From an uncultured Syntrophaceae bacterium (lineage in GTDB: Bacteria > Desulfobacterota > Syntrophia > Syntrophales > UBA2210), in the NCBI GenBank assembly GCA_964394725.1, contig CAYMYS010000005.1, forward strand, positions 1 through 55,347: 55,347 nt of DNA. Reading direction: 5' to 3'. This document shows, one piece after another, positions 7,729 to 16,592 of the stretch. The notes beneath the pieces are model-generated. The model searched no databases. It saw nothing but the letters and a program-made list of their open reading frames with translations, and had not been told where the DNA came from. Numbering within the stretch: position 1 is the stretch's first letter; each line of letters begins with the position of its first letter. A program made the position numbers and the translations under genes.

Positions 7729-9173
7729 AGAACTTCTCCCAGTTGTGTGCAGGGCATAATGACCTCGATAACGGTTCCCCTGCCCTTTTCCCCATCAATT
7801 GAAACAGTGCCCCCCCAGTGATGGACGCGCTCCTTGATACCGATCAGGCCGAATGAATCGAGTTTCATCAAGTCTTCATCGCCTATCCCTTTACCATTAT
7901 CCCTTACACACAATGTAATCGTGTTCCCTTCCTCTGTAAGGCCGATCGATACTGCTGTAGCGGCTGCATGGCGAGAAATATTCGTTAGCGTCTCCTGGAA
8001 AATCCGGAATATTGCAGTAGACAGGTCGGGATCAAGGTCTATTTCTTCAGGTTCAACGCTGATATTACAGGATATGCCTGTCCGCTCCTGAAAATCTTTT
8101 GCCTGCCAGTCGATGGCGGCTACGAGGCCGAGGTGATCCAGCATAGCCGGTCTGAGATCCTTGTATATCCTGTGCAGTGTTTCCATTGTTATGGAAATAA
8201 GATTGGACATCGATTCAATCTTGTCATCCAGGGATTTCTCTTCAGGAGATATATGCTTTCGTAAGAGAATGATATCCGTATTCAGCGCCGTGAGCAGTTG
8301 CCCCAATTCATCATGAAGCTCACGAGCGATATGGGTCCTCTCCTTTTCACGAACCAATTGGAGATGTGCGGAGAGTTTTTGCAGTTGAATCCGCGATTCT
8401 TCCAGTTTTCGCTCCGCCCGTTTACGGTGTGTAATGTCTTCGTAGATGGCCACAATGCTCTTCCCGGGTTGAACATTACCAATTCCCGATACGCTGATCA
8501 GACACTCGATTTCCGTACCATCTTTTCTTCGACAGGGAAACTCCTGAGCGAATGCGCCCGACCTTTGTATTACGGGATATATCATTCTAACAATTTTTCC
8601 ATACTCTTCTTCGTTTCGGTACAATACGCGAATGCTTTTCCCGATTAATTCCTCGGCATCCCATCCAAAGACGGATGCTACACCGCTATTGGCAAAGAAG
8701 ACATGCCGATCTCTCAATCCTATGACTGCATGGGGAATGGCTTTTAAAATGGATGATTCGAGGGTTTCCAGTTCGAGAACCTTATGCCAGGATTTCATCT
8801 GTTCGGTGATATCGATTGAACTTCCCAGGACCGCACGTCTGCCCCTGTAACGAATGGATGTTACCGCTCCATCTATCCACCGAAGTTCACCATCCCTTGT
8901 TGTTATTCTGAATTTATAGGATGAATCGCCGTCATCTTTCAGCATCTTGATGGCATTTTTCCGTAAAGATTTTCTATCGTCGGGATAAATATAGTTACTG
9001 AAATCCCCACCCAGAAGTTCCTCCTTTGCCCGTCCCAGACACAGTAAGGTATAGTTATTTACAAACTGGATTTTCCCATCCTGCATTATGTACATACCCA
9101 CATGGGAATTCTTCTCCAAGGACTTGAACAAGCTCCCTTCAAAGATTGTATTTTGCAATATGCCCTCATCCAT
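7725..9173 (-). CDS. Soluble PAS-PAS sensor histidine kinase (HisKA_3)
   Basis: Two PAS/PAC domains, IARELHDELGQ H-box, ETLTNISRHA, VRDNGKG and FGLIGIKER; no TM segments; 4-bp overlap with the regulator. Confidence 0.92.
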   Translation of the reverse strand: MDEGILQNTIFEGSLFKSLEKNSHVGMYIMQDGKIQFVNNYTLLCLGRAKEELLGGDFSNYIYPDDRKSLRKNAIKMLKDDGDSSYKFRITTRDGELRWIDGAVTSIRYRGRRAVLGSSIDITEQMKSWHKVLELETLESSILKAIPHAVIGLRDRHVFFANSGVASVFGWDAEELIGKSIRVLYRNEEEYGKIVRMIYPVIQRSGAFAQEFPCRRKDGTEIECLISVSGIGNVQPGKSIVAIYEDITHRKRAERKLEESRIQLQKLSAHLQLVREKERTHIARELHDELGQLLTALNTDIILLRKHISPEEKSLDDKIESMSNLISITMETLHRIYKDLRPAMLDHLGLVAAIDWQAKDFQERTGISCNISVEPEEIDLDPDLSTAIFRIFQETLTNISRHAAATAVSIGLTEEGNTITLCVRDNGKGIGDEDLMKLDSFGLIGIKERVHHWGGTVSIDGEKGRGTVIEVIMPCTQLGEVL

Positions 9174-9286
9174 CTACGTTCACCGGTAAAATTTCGTGTT
9201 TTCGCATGTAACGTTTATCTTTGCAAATTAAATGGTATACCTTCTCACAACTTCTCCAACGGGTGGGCATGGGCCGACCGACCCTT

Positions 9287-10663
9287 TTACTCTTTATTTT
9301 GCTTGAGCGCCTTTTTAAATACTTCAAATTCGAGGCCACCCATCTTTGAGTTTATCATTACAAAACCCACCAGAGATGATATTATGCAGGCAGACATAAA
9401 ACCTGTTCCGTAGAAACTGTATCCCATGTGTATAGACAGCAAGGTTACACCGGCGTTTAAGGCGAAAAATAATAGATTCATTTTAACCAATGCGGCATAG
9501 TCGTCGAGGTACTGAAGCACGAGAAAGCAAAAGAAATAGAGCGAGAAAAAGATCGTGCCCAGTAAGAGGTAATGGAATACAAAGGGGTTTCTCCAGGGAA
9601 GGGGGATAACCTTTATGTAAATCAGAAAGAGAATAAACATCGATATGCCGCCGTAGAAGATAAATATTGACGATGAGACATAGTTTATCCCCCTAACCAG
9701 GTTATATTTTTCAAGGGCAAGTTCCCTGAAGGGAAAATTGTTTGAAATCTTGAAGATAAAGGCCTCATAAGGTCCGGTAATTTTGCCTTTGACACCCCGG
9801 TATACAAGGAAAGAGCCGATCATCATTATTAAGAGAGCCACAAAAAAGGGGAGATCATATTCCGTGTAATATCGAAAGAATGTGTCAACTGCACCCCTTT
9901 CCCCCAGCATATACCAGAATATGAATTTATCACTCCAGAAGCCCAGACTGAATGTGAAGATGGCAAATCCCAGATTTACCAGACCCCGGCGTTTGAGGAA
10001 ACTCCAGTCAATCGCAATGGGATCTCTGAGATAGACCTTGATTACATATGAAGCCCCCAGGGCTACCGGTATCACTGCAGTCAGAGAAAATATGGCCAAA
10101 AGGCCCTTGGTGTCAACGGGCCTCACTATAAGAAATAGTGTCAGGGTTGTTACGATTCCAAACGTAAATACCATGAGAAAGATCTTTTCTCTCTTGAGAG
10201 AACTCAGGGTCGTACTTATACACCATAAAAGAGACATCAGTGCAGTCATCCCTACAAAACCTACCTTGAGATCGAATGGAATCTGTGAGAGGGGAAAGAC
10301 AATAAGAGACGAAACGACGGAGGAGATGATAACAATGAGTATGCACAATGAGATCATCCCGTCTGTTATTGCCTGATATCTCATAAGAAATATCTCATCC
10401 GCCATGTAACGGGTAAACATCGCATGAAATGGAGACGATATGATCAGCGACAATGCCGTCGCATAGGTGATCAAGAGATAAAAGAGTACGGGAGACGTTC
10501 CGTGCACGAGAAAGACGGTAATACCCATTATTCCCAGGCATACAACGGTGAGGAGCCAGGGACCCACAGCCTCCATGACATTGACGGCTTCTTTTATAAG
10601 TGAACCACTGAGCGTCCTTTTCTGGACGTATTTCTCCAGTAAGAAATTAATCCCTGCCATCAA
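9287..10663 (-). CDS. pelG: PelG-like exopolysaccharide transporter
   Basis: MAGINF.L.K N-terminus and GPW(L)L motif as in PelG; WSDKFIFW and YDLPFFVA motifs; ~12 TM; lies downstream of pelF. Confidence 0.8.
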   Translation of the reverse strand: MMAGINFLLEKYVQKRTLSGSLIKEAVNVMEAVGPWLLTVVCLGIMGITVFLVHGTSPVLFYLLITYATALSLIISSPFHAMFTRYMADEIFLMRYQAITDGMISLCILIVIISSVVSSLIVFPLSQIPFDLKVGFVGMTALMSLLWCISTTLSSLKREKIFLMVFTFGIVTTLTLFLIVRPVDTKGLLAIFSLTAVIPVALGASYVIKVYLRDPIAIDWSFLKRRGLVNLGFAIFTFSLGFWSDKFIFWYMLGERGAVDTFFRYYTEYDLPFFVALLIMMIGSFLVYRGVKGKITGPYEAFIFKISNNFPFRELALEKYNLVRGINYVSSSIFIFYGGISMFILFLIYIKVIPLPWRNPFVFHYLLLGTIFFSLYFFCFLVLQYLDDYAALVKMNLLFFALNAGVTLLSIHMGYSFYGTGFMSACIISSLVGFVMINSKMGGLEFEVFKKALKQNKE

Positions 10664-12113
10664 TAAACTCCCCGTAAATCTCCCTGTATCTGCGAATGAC
10701 CAACTCTTCCCGATAATAATTTTCTATCCTTTTGATGCCCTTTTCCGCCATTCTGTTTGCCAGTTCCGTATCCCTCAATATATGTATCGTGGCCTCAGCT
10801 ATTCCCTTTGGATCCATAACCCTCTCAACAACGCCTGCTTCACCAATGTCATCATTATTCCCGTAAATAAGTTCACGGCAGGCACCCACATCTGTTGCCA
10901 CAACAGGGACACCACTAGCCATTGCCTCCATCACCACGAGGGGCATTGCCTCTTTTATACTGGTGAGAAGCAGGACATCCATCGTCTTGTAATATTCTTT
11001 AACGTCGGCCCTGCCGGTAAAGGTAACAGCGCTTTCGAGATGGAGCATTTTCGTCAGCTCCTCGCATTCCTTGTAATAATCGGGCTGTTCATCCGTTGGA
11101 CCTATAACATAACCATGAACATCTCCATACCCTTGCTTTATAATTGCCATTGCCTGGATAAATGTCTTTACGTCTTTGACACTGTCGACCCTCCCTACCA
11201 TGCCCACTATTCTCGGTGTCTTCGTACATCGTCGCTTTCGTGCCTCCTTGAAACGCTCAATATCGATGCCGTTGGGTATTACCGTAATGGCATTCCCATC
11301 GGCCCCGTATTCCATTTGCAGCCTTCTGTTTCCCTCATAGAGCGTTATCATGCGATCACAGGTTTTGTACTGCCAGAGACATATTGCGGTAAAAAAGTCG
11401 ATCCACATATCCTTCAGGTAGGGATCATCGAGCCATTGAGATTTCAATAACTCCATCTCTCTCTCCTGAAGATAGATACCGTGTTCCGTAATCATCGATT
11501 TTCTCCCGTACATTGCCGATTTAATGCAGGCAATGAGCCCTCCGTAGCCCGTACTGGGAGAATGGTATATGGTCGCCGTTGGAATCTTTGCGATCATGGA
11601 GAGGAGCCTGAAGAGGATGAGATGTATATTTCGATGATTATAGAAGTATTTAATAAATCCCACATCACCTCGGAATTCTTCATATATATGTGTAAGGAGT
11701 GAAAATGCGTCCTCGTCATTGAGAAAGTTGTTGAATATATTTGGAGAATAATCGGTTATCAGTTCCTTCACAAATAACAGATTTTCATGTGAGACTGTAT
11801 TATCCCGCCAGTCCATCATGAGCCGGAAAAGTCTGTCCGACAATAAACGCCACTTCCTCGCCGACAGCCTCAATGGTTTCGCATTTTCTATTTCGTCGTA
11901 ATCGAATATGACGTATTCATCGTAGGAAATCACATTTTTGGGGAGGGTATATTTCATATCTTCCCTGCGTTTTTTCTCTGCAATGAGCGCCACCACTGAG
12001 AAGGTAAATTCCGTCGTATTCTCCATAAGCCACTGAAGCCATGATGAAACCCCTCCGGTGACGTAGGGATAACTGCCCTCTACAACCAGGCAGATGTCAG
12101 CACTCTTTTCCAT
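10647..12113 (-). CDS. pelF: PelF-like GT4 glycosyltransferase
   Basis: ADICLVVEGSYPYVTGGVSSW, STGYGG, TEHGIY..ER, GRV..VKDVKTFI and EAMPLVVMEAMASG motifs. Confidence 0.92.
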   Translation of the reverse strand: MEKSADICLVVEGSYPYVTGGVSSWLQWLMENTTEFTFSVVALIAEKKRREDMKYTLPKNVISYDEYVIFDYDEIENAKPLRLSARKWRLLSDRLFRLMMDWRDNTVSHENLLFVKELITDYSPNIFNNFLNDEDAFSLLTHIYEEFRGDVGFIKYFYNHRNIHLILFRLLSMIAKIPTATIYHSPSTGYGGLIACIKSAMYGRKSMITEHGIYLQEREMELLKSQWLDDPYLKDMWIDFFTAICLWQYKTCDRMITLYEGNRRLQMEYGADGNAITVIPNGIDIERFKEARKRRCTKTPRIVGMVGRVDSVKDVKTFIQAMAIIKQGYGDVHGYVIGPTDEQPDYYKECEELTKMLHLESAVTFTGRADVKEYYKTMDVLLLTSIKEAMPLVVMEAMASGVPVVATDVGACRELIYGNNDDIGEAGVVERVMDPKGIAEATIHILRDTELANRMAEKGIKRIENYYREELVIRRYREIYGEFIDGRD

Positions 12114-13096
12114 GTCTTACAAGCCTCTTTTACCTTATCGGGGATGAACACTCCTCCGGCTGTCTCTATCAACGCGTAAAGATTATCGAAGGCATCTCTG
12201 TCTTTAAGCCTTATGGAAAGCTCAAACTCGTAGGTTATCCATTTCGGGAAAAAGTAATTCCCCCCTGCCCTGATTTGTTTGTAAATTTCTTCCGCCTCTT
12301 TTATCCTGTCCGATTTAAGGAGAAGTTTTACTGCAAATTGCGCGTCATCTTCAGATCCACCTTCTTTGTAGGCGATTACTGCATAATGACAGGCACTCTT
12401 TTCATAAAACTGCTTCATAATGGGATCACATAAATCAAGATTGTATATCTCATGATAGAGGCTTGCAAGTCGACCTGGTATTGTCTCGTCGGGATTTTTC
12501 ATTGCCTCCAGTTCCGCTATGTCAGATAAGATTGAATCAATCTTCTTGCTTATCATGTCGATGGCCATGAGAATGACGCTCTGATAGGGGCTGAAACGTA
12601 TGATATATTTAAGAATGCTCGATTTTATTGATGACCATTCCGACTCTCCCAGGAGTCCTATCATCTTAAAGGCATCTTCCCTTTTCATGCTCTTTATCAA
12701 GAGTGCCTCCGAAATGGGCAAAATTCTACCGGAGAATTGCCTTGTCATAACTCTCAGTATTTTTTTATCTACCTTTTCGAAAGATTCACTCCTTACGGGG
12801 TATACCGGTACAAAGCGGAGAAAGAGGGGGAGGCACAGGGCGGTAACGGGACCTGCCATAGGAATGAAGGCAATGGCGATAATAAAAATGGTAAACCCTC
12901 TGGTAATAATTTTCTCTCTCAGAAGTCGGTCCGATGCGGCAAGGGAAATATATATCAAATAGGTCAGTCCCATGGTTACACCGTGGGCAAAATAAAACTG
13001 GACGAGATCGGTCCAGCCTTCTATTCCCCTCAGAAAGAAGACGACTGCTGCAATTTCCGATATTGTCCAGTAAAAGTAAAGCTTACTGCCCATCAT
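12080..13096 (-). CDS. PelE-like membrane protein with TPR-like helical C-terminus
   Basis: N-terminal TM helices then an all-helical domain; occupies the pelE position between pelD-like and pelF genes with overlapping start/stop codons. Confidence 0.6.
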   Translation of the reverse strand: MMGSKLYFYWTISEIAAVVFFLRGIEGWTDLVQFYFAHGVTMGLTYLIYISLAASDRLLREKIITRGFTIFIIAIAFIPMAGPVTALCLPLFLRFVPVYPVRSESFEKVDKKILRVMTRQFSGRILPISEALLIKSMKREDAFKMIGLLGESEWSSIKSSILKYIIRFSPYQSVILMAIDMISKKIDSILSDIAELEAMKNPDETIPGRLASLYHEIYNLDLCDPIMKQFYEKSACHYAVIAYKEGGSEDDAQFAVKLLLKSDRIKEAEEIYKQIRAGGNYFFPKWITYEFELSIRLKDRDAFDNLYALIETAGGVFIPDKVKEACKTWKRVLTSAWL

Positions 13097-14285
13097 ATCT
13101 CCCGATAGTTATATTCTCTTCAGTTTTTTTCAGGCGCTCTATGACTGCATGTACATATTTCTCTTCAGTCATGGAAAGGAATACAACCATCTCGCTATCG
13201 TTCAGCATATAGAATTCATCATACATCCGTAAGGTCCTTGACAGTTTATAGACCAGTCTTTCCGAGATCATTCCCGAAATGTGGAGCAGACAGAAGGCTA
13301 GTTTATACTTTTTATAGCGGGCAACGTTTCTCTTCAGAAAGGTTTGAGACACATCGGGACGATAGGCAATAACCGATGCGAACCGGCTGTATGACCGCAT
13401 TTCTTCTCTGTAAAGTTGATTCTCGATACTGTTTTTCACCCAGAAAGCCGCTATCTTGAGCAGATTGATCAAATCTTCCGAAAGGTTGATGAATCTGATC
13501 TCTTCCACAATGATGATATATCTCAGCTGTTCCGATGATGAAAGTATCGGTATTGCCATAACCAGTTTGTTACCAAACTCCCTGGGCACAATGACCTCCT
13601 GTTTGGAAGCGGCGACACGTAAGATTTCCGGCATATCTTCCGTTTTCCATTTGAGTACCTCGGGTAGCGTCGTCGAACCGAAATAAGACAACCGGTTGAA
13701 TTCGTGCTTGGTAACTGGTTCATATATGCTTGATTTTTCCACATGACAGTGTGCGTATAGGACGTACAGTATCTCGTCAAACAATGTCATGGTGTCCGTG
13801 ATTCCCGACAGCCTTCTGAAGGCCTGATACATGATCTTTGGTGATTCCATATCGGTCAGCACTTCATGGAAGGCATCGGTTAGGGCCCTGTCCTTTTCCG
13901 ACAGATCGATACTAAGCGTTTCGATACGTTTTTCGAGTATCCTGTTGGTAATATCAGTGTTTGTGGTCTTTAGTTCGTTTGCCGACCGCACAAAGCCGGT
14001 TACAAGGATGGTTACGAGAAAGAAACTCGTTTCCATGTAGTTTTGAGTCAAAAAGATAAAGGAACTTTGCTTTATAAAGGCGTAGATGAAAAGGCCGGAA
14101 AAGATCACTGTTCCGAGGGCGCCTTTAATGCCGTAATAGAGCGTAAAAATAATGCCGACAAAGCATAAGAGAAGAAATTGAAATTTTAAGGTGGTTATTC
14201 CTCTGGTGTGGAGAAACCAAATAGCACTATAAAGAGCAATAAGTTCACATAGGAAAACGACGTTTTTCAACCATGTACGCTTCAT
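13083..14285 (-). CDS. PelD-like c-di-GMP receptor (TM + coiled coil + GAF + degenerate GGDEF)
   Basis: ~4 TM helices, a coiled-coil stretch and a GAF-like region. The C-terminal domain has RMYD (RxxD I-site) followed 5 aa later by NDSEM in place of GGDEF. Confidence 0.7.
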   Translation of the reverse strand: MKRTWLKNVVFLCELIALYSAIWFLHTRGITTLKFQFLLLCFVGIIFTLYYGIKGALGTVIFSGLFIYAFIKQSSFIFLTQNYMETSFFLVTILVTGFVRSANELKTTNTDITNRILEKRIETLSIDLSEKDRALTDAFHEVLTDMESPKIMYQAFRRLSGITDTMTLFDEILYVLYAHCHVEKSSIYEPVTKHEFNRLSYFGSTTLPEVLKWKTEDMPEILRVAASKQEVIVPREFGNKLVMAIPILSSSEQLRYIIIVEEIRFINLSEDLINLLKIAAFWVKNSIENQLYREEMRSYSRFASVIAYRPDVSQTFLKRNVARYKKYKLAFCLLHISGMISERLVYKLSRTLRMYDEFYMLNDSEMVVFLSMTEEKYVHAVIERLKKTEENITIGRYDGQ

Positions 14286-14341
14286 TTACCGGTTCCGTTC
14301 GTAAGATACTTCTAAAAGGGCCAAAACTGGGATTTTATATG

Positions 14342-14680
14342 TCAATTGCTAAAGGATTTAACGGCAACGTTCTTTGACTTATGTATTTCGATGACTCTAT
14401 CAAGCCGGATGAGTTTAAATAATGCCACAATCTCTTCGGCGGCATTGCACATTTTCACGTCTCCCTTTTCCGCCCTGGCCTTTCTCAAACAAGAGAGGAT
14501 GGCACCACAACCGGAGCTGTCGACGAATCTGACATGAATCATATCTAATACAGCGCGAGGATTTTCCTTTATGATCGGTTCTATATCGCGTTTAAATTCA
14601 GGACTGTTAGTCGCATCAAGCGTATTGTCGGGGATGGTTATCACCTCGACATTTCCAATTCTTTCACGATCGAATTTCAT
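14342..14680 (-). CDS. STAS anti-sigma factor antagonist (RsbV/SpoIIAA family)
   Basis: 112 aa; LDM..V.FVDSSG.G motif with the phospho-acceptor serine. Confidence 0.9.
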   Translation of the reverse strand: MKFDRERIGNVEVITIPDNTLDATNSPEFKRDIEPIIKENPRAVLDMIHVRFVDSSGCGAILSCLRKARAEKGDVKMCNAAEEIVALFKLIRLDRVIEIHKSKNVAVKSFSN

Positions 14681-14804
14681 AGTCTCTTCTCCTCGTGTAT
14701 TTTCTTTCAGCCTATCATCCTAACGTGCTAGGATCAATCATATTTCCGAAAGGATACAACTTTTCACCACTTATCAACTGAATAAGTTACCCAGCGGGTC
14801 ATCT

Positions 14805-15983
14805 TCAATTATTTTTCTTGATGGATTCCTTAACCTTGACAACGACACAGGTCATATCGTCTGAGAATGTGTCGCATCCCGAAAATCCTGTCACCGTTAC
14901 CTTTATTTTTTTTATAAAATCGTCACAGTCACGTTTGTAGTTCTTTTTGACAAGGTCTTCCAGCCGCTCTATTCCAAAGAGTTCCCCCCTGCTATTGTGC
15001 GCTTCCGTGATTCCATCGGAATAGAAAAAAAACAGATCTCCTTCCTTGAAGGAGGCCGAACTTTGCCGGTATACCTCATCTGCCCAAAAACCGAGGGGCA
15101 TGTTTTCCCCCTCCAACCTGATACACTTTCCATCATCATGCTTAAAGTGAAGTGTGCTTGTATGTCCGCAGTTTATAAAGCAAACCTTTTTGCTTCGCAT
15201 ATTCAAGCGTAAATAGAAGAGCGTTACAAAACTTTCCAGCCTGATCAACTCATCTGTAATTTCGGAATGAATCCTATTGACTATCTCTGCCGGTTCGGGG
15301 GGTATACAACTTTCCGATCCTATGATTATTTGATTGACGGCCCGGAGCAATTGATTCTTTGTTGCCGCCCCGAACATGGCCGCAGGGATTCCCTTGCCCA
15401 TAACATCCGCCACAATGACATCAAATATTTCATCATTGTATTTAATAAAGTCGTAGAAATCGCCATCGATCTTCTGTGATGGAAGCGTCAACGCAGCTAT
15501 TTCTACTCCGGGAATATCCTTGGGTGGGTCCTCAAGCAGGAGCGTTCTTTGTATTTCGTATCCTATTCTGGCAATCTGCCTTTCCCGTTCCTTCCTGACG
15601 TCCATCTCTTTCTTCAGTGTCAGAGCAGACTTGACCCGTGCCAGCAGTTCAACCTTATTGAAGGGCTTTTTAATATAATCCATCGCACCGGCATCAAAGG
15701 CGGCCTGAAGTGATGTTTCATCCGTCTTTCCGGTAACCATGATTATGGGAATATCTTCAAACCTGTTATCCGATTTTATCTTTTGACATGCCTCGATTCC
15801 GTCTATCTCGGGCATCATGATATCCATGAGTATCAGGTCTACAGCGTTATCGGCATCATCCAATACCTGAAATGATTCCCGGCCCGACGATGCAAGCATA
15901 CTGTCCCCGTATCCCGATTTTTCCAGTATCGCGGCAAGAAGGATTCTACTATCCGACGAATCATCAACGATAAGAATATTCAT
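14805..15983 (-). CDS. Response-regulator receiver + PP2C/SpoIIE phosphatase (RsbU-like)
   Basis: ILIVDDS and LILMDIMMP receiver motifs; IDGDFYD, ADVMGKG, YSDGITEA and DDMT PP2C motifs. Confidence 0.92.
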   Translation of the reverse strand: MNILIVDDSSDSRILLAAILEKSGYGDSMLASSGRESFQVLDDADNAVDLILMDIMMPEIDGIEACQKIKSDNRFEDIPIIMVTGKTDETSLQAAFDAGAMDYIKKPFNKVELLARVKSALTLKKEMDVRKERERQIARIGYEIQRTLLLEDPPKDIPGVEIAALTLPSQKIDGDFYDFIKYNDEIFDVIVADVMGKGIPAAMFGAATKNQLLRAVNQIIIGSESCIPPEPAEIVNRIHSEITDELIRLESFVTLFYLRLNMRSKKVCFINCGHTSTLHFKHDDGKCIRLEGENMPLGFWADEVYRQSSASFKEGDLFFFYSDGITEAHNSRGELFGIERLEDLVKKNYKRDCDDFIKKIKVTVTGFSGCDTFSDDMTCVVVKVKESIKKNN

Positions 15984-16166
15984 AATACTCCCTATATTTT
16001 GTTGATAGCGTTCTCCGCAAAATCTATTTGTATAATAAATTGTTTATTATTATACCACACTTGTTACCGTAAATTTCAAGGGGTTCGGAAGAATTATCGA
16101 TAATATTTGTCTTGACCCTTGGTATACCCTCTGCTAGAAATCACGCTATTGTCTATTATTTAATAG

Positions 16167-16358
16167 TTATGGTTCTGTAAAAAGTAAGATTTTCTCTCTG
16201 GAAGACTATTCCGGGGATGATTTCTATGCTTGGCTAAAAATCTAAAACTCGTGCTAAAGCACTCAAACAATTAAATTTTATTAACGCCAATTACCGTAAT
16301 CATCTGTTTCCAGAAATGCTCAAAGCCGTTTGAAAATGACTTTTAACCGGTCTGTCAA
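16167..16358 (+). mobile_element. MITE-like dispersed element, copy A
   Basis: Hand alignment to 29623..29806 (reverse strand) gives ~82% identity over ~168 aligned bases plus an 8-bp indel. Degenerate ~21-bp terminal inverted repeats; TAG flanks both ends. Confidence 0.65.
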
Positions 16359-16459
16359 TAGTTAATATATGCGATTAACCCCTCACGATCGAAATGATAG
16401 GGTAAGGCAACAGTTCAGTGTTTACAGTGATCGGTTTGCGCTTAAAATAACAGAAGATA

Positions 16460-16490
16460 CTCGTTCCCACGCTCCTGCATGGGAATGCAT
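16460..16490. repeat. REP-like palindrome CTCGTTCCCACGCTCCTGCATGGGAATGCAT
   Basis: TTCCCA.GC / GC.TGGGAA stem with one mismatch. Resembles the TTCCCACGCTC..CGTGGGAA REP-type repeats I recall from many Proteobacteria. Confidence 0.55.
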
Positions 16491-16592
16491 AGGGGATTGA
16501 AATAATGGGAAGAAGCCGCTACAAAATCCCTGAATCTGCGACCCATGGAATCCCTGGATCATCTTCTACAACTAATTTAGAGAAGAAAAATC

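Noticed and set aside
9258-9290. GC-rich stretch after pelG as a terminator
   Set aside because: The stem is poor and I cannot say whether pelG and the kinase are co-transcribed.
10548-11450. 300-aa ORF on + antisense to pelF/pelG
   Set aside because: A shadow frame of a well-supported gene, with no motifs. The same applies to the many other antisense ORFs in the track.
14717-14734. ATCCTA-N6-TAGGAT palindrome upstream of the STAS gene
   Set aside because: Short, and its half-sites are oriented opposite to the 7009-7027 palindrome; plausibly chance.
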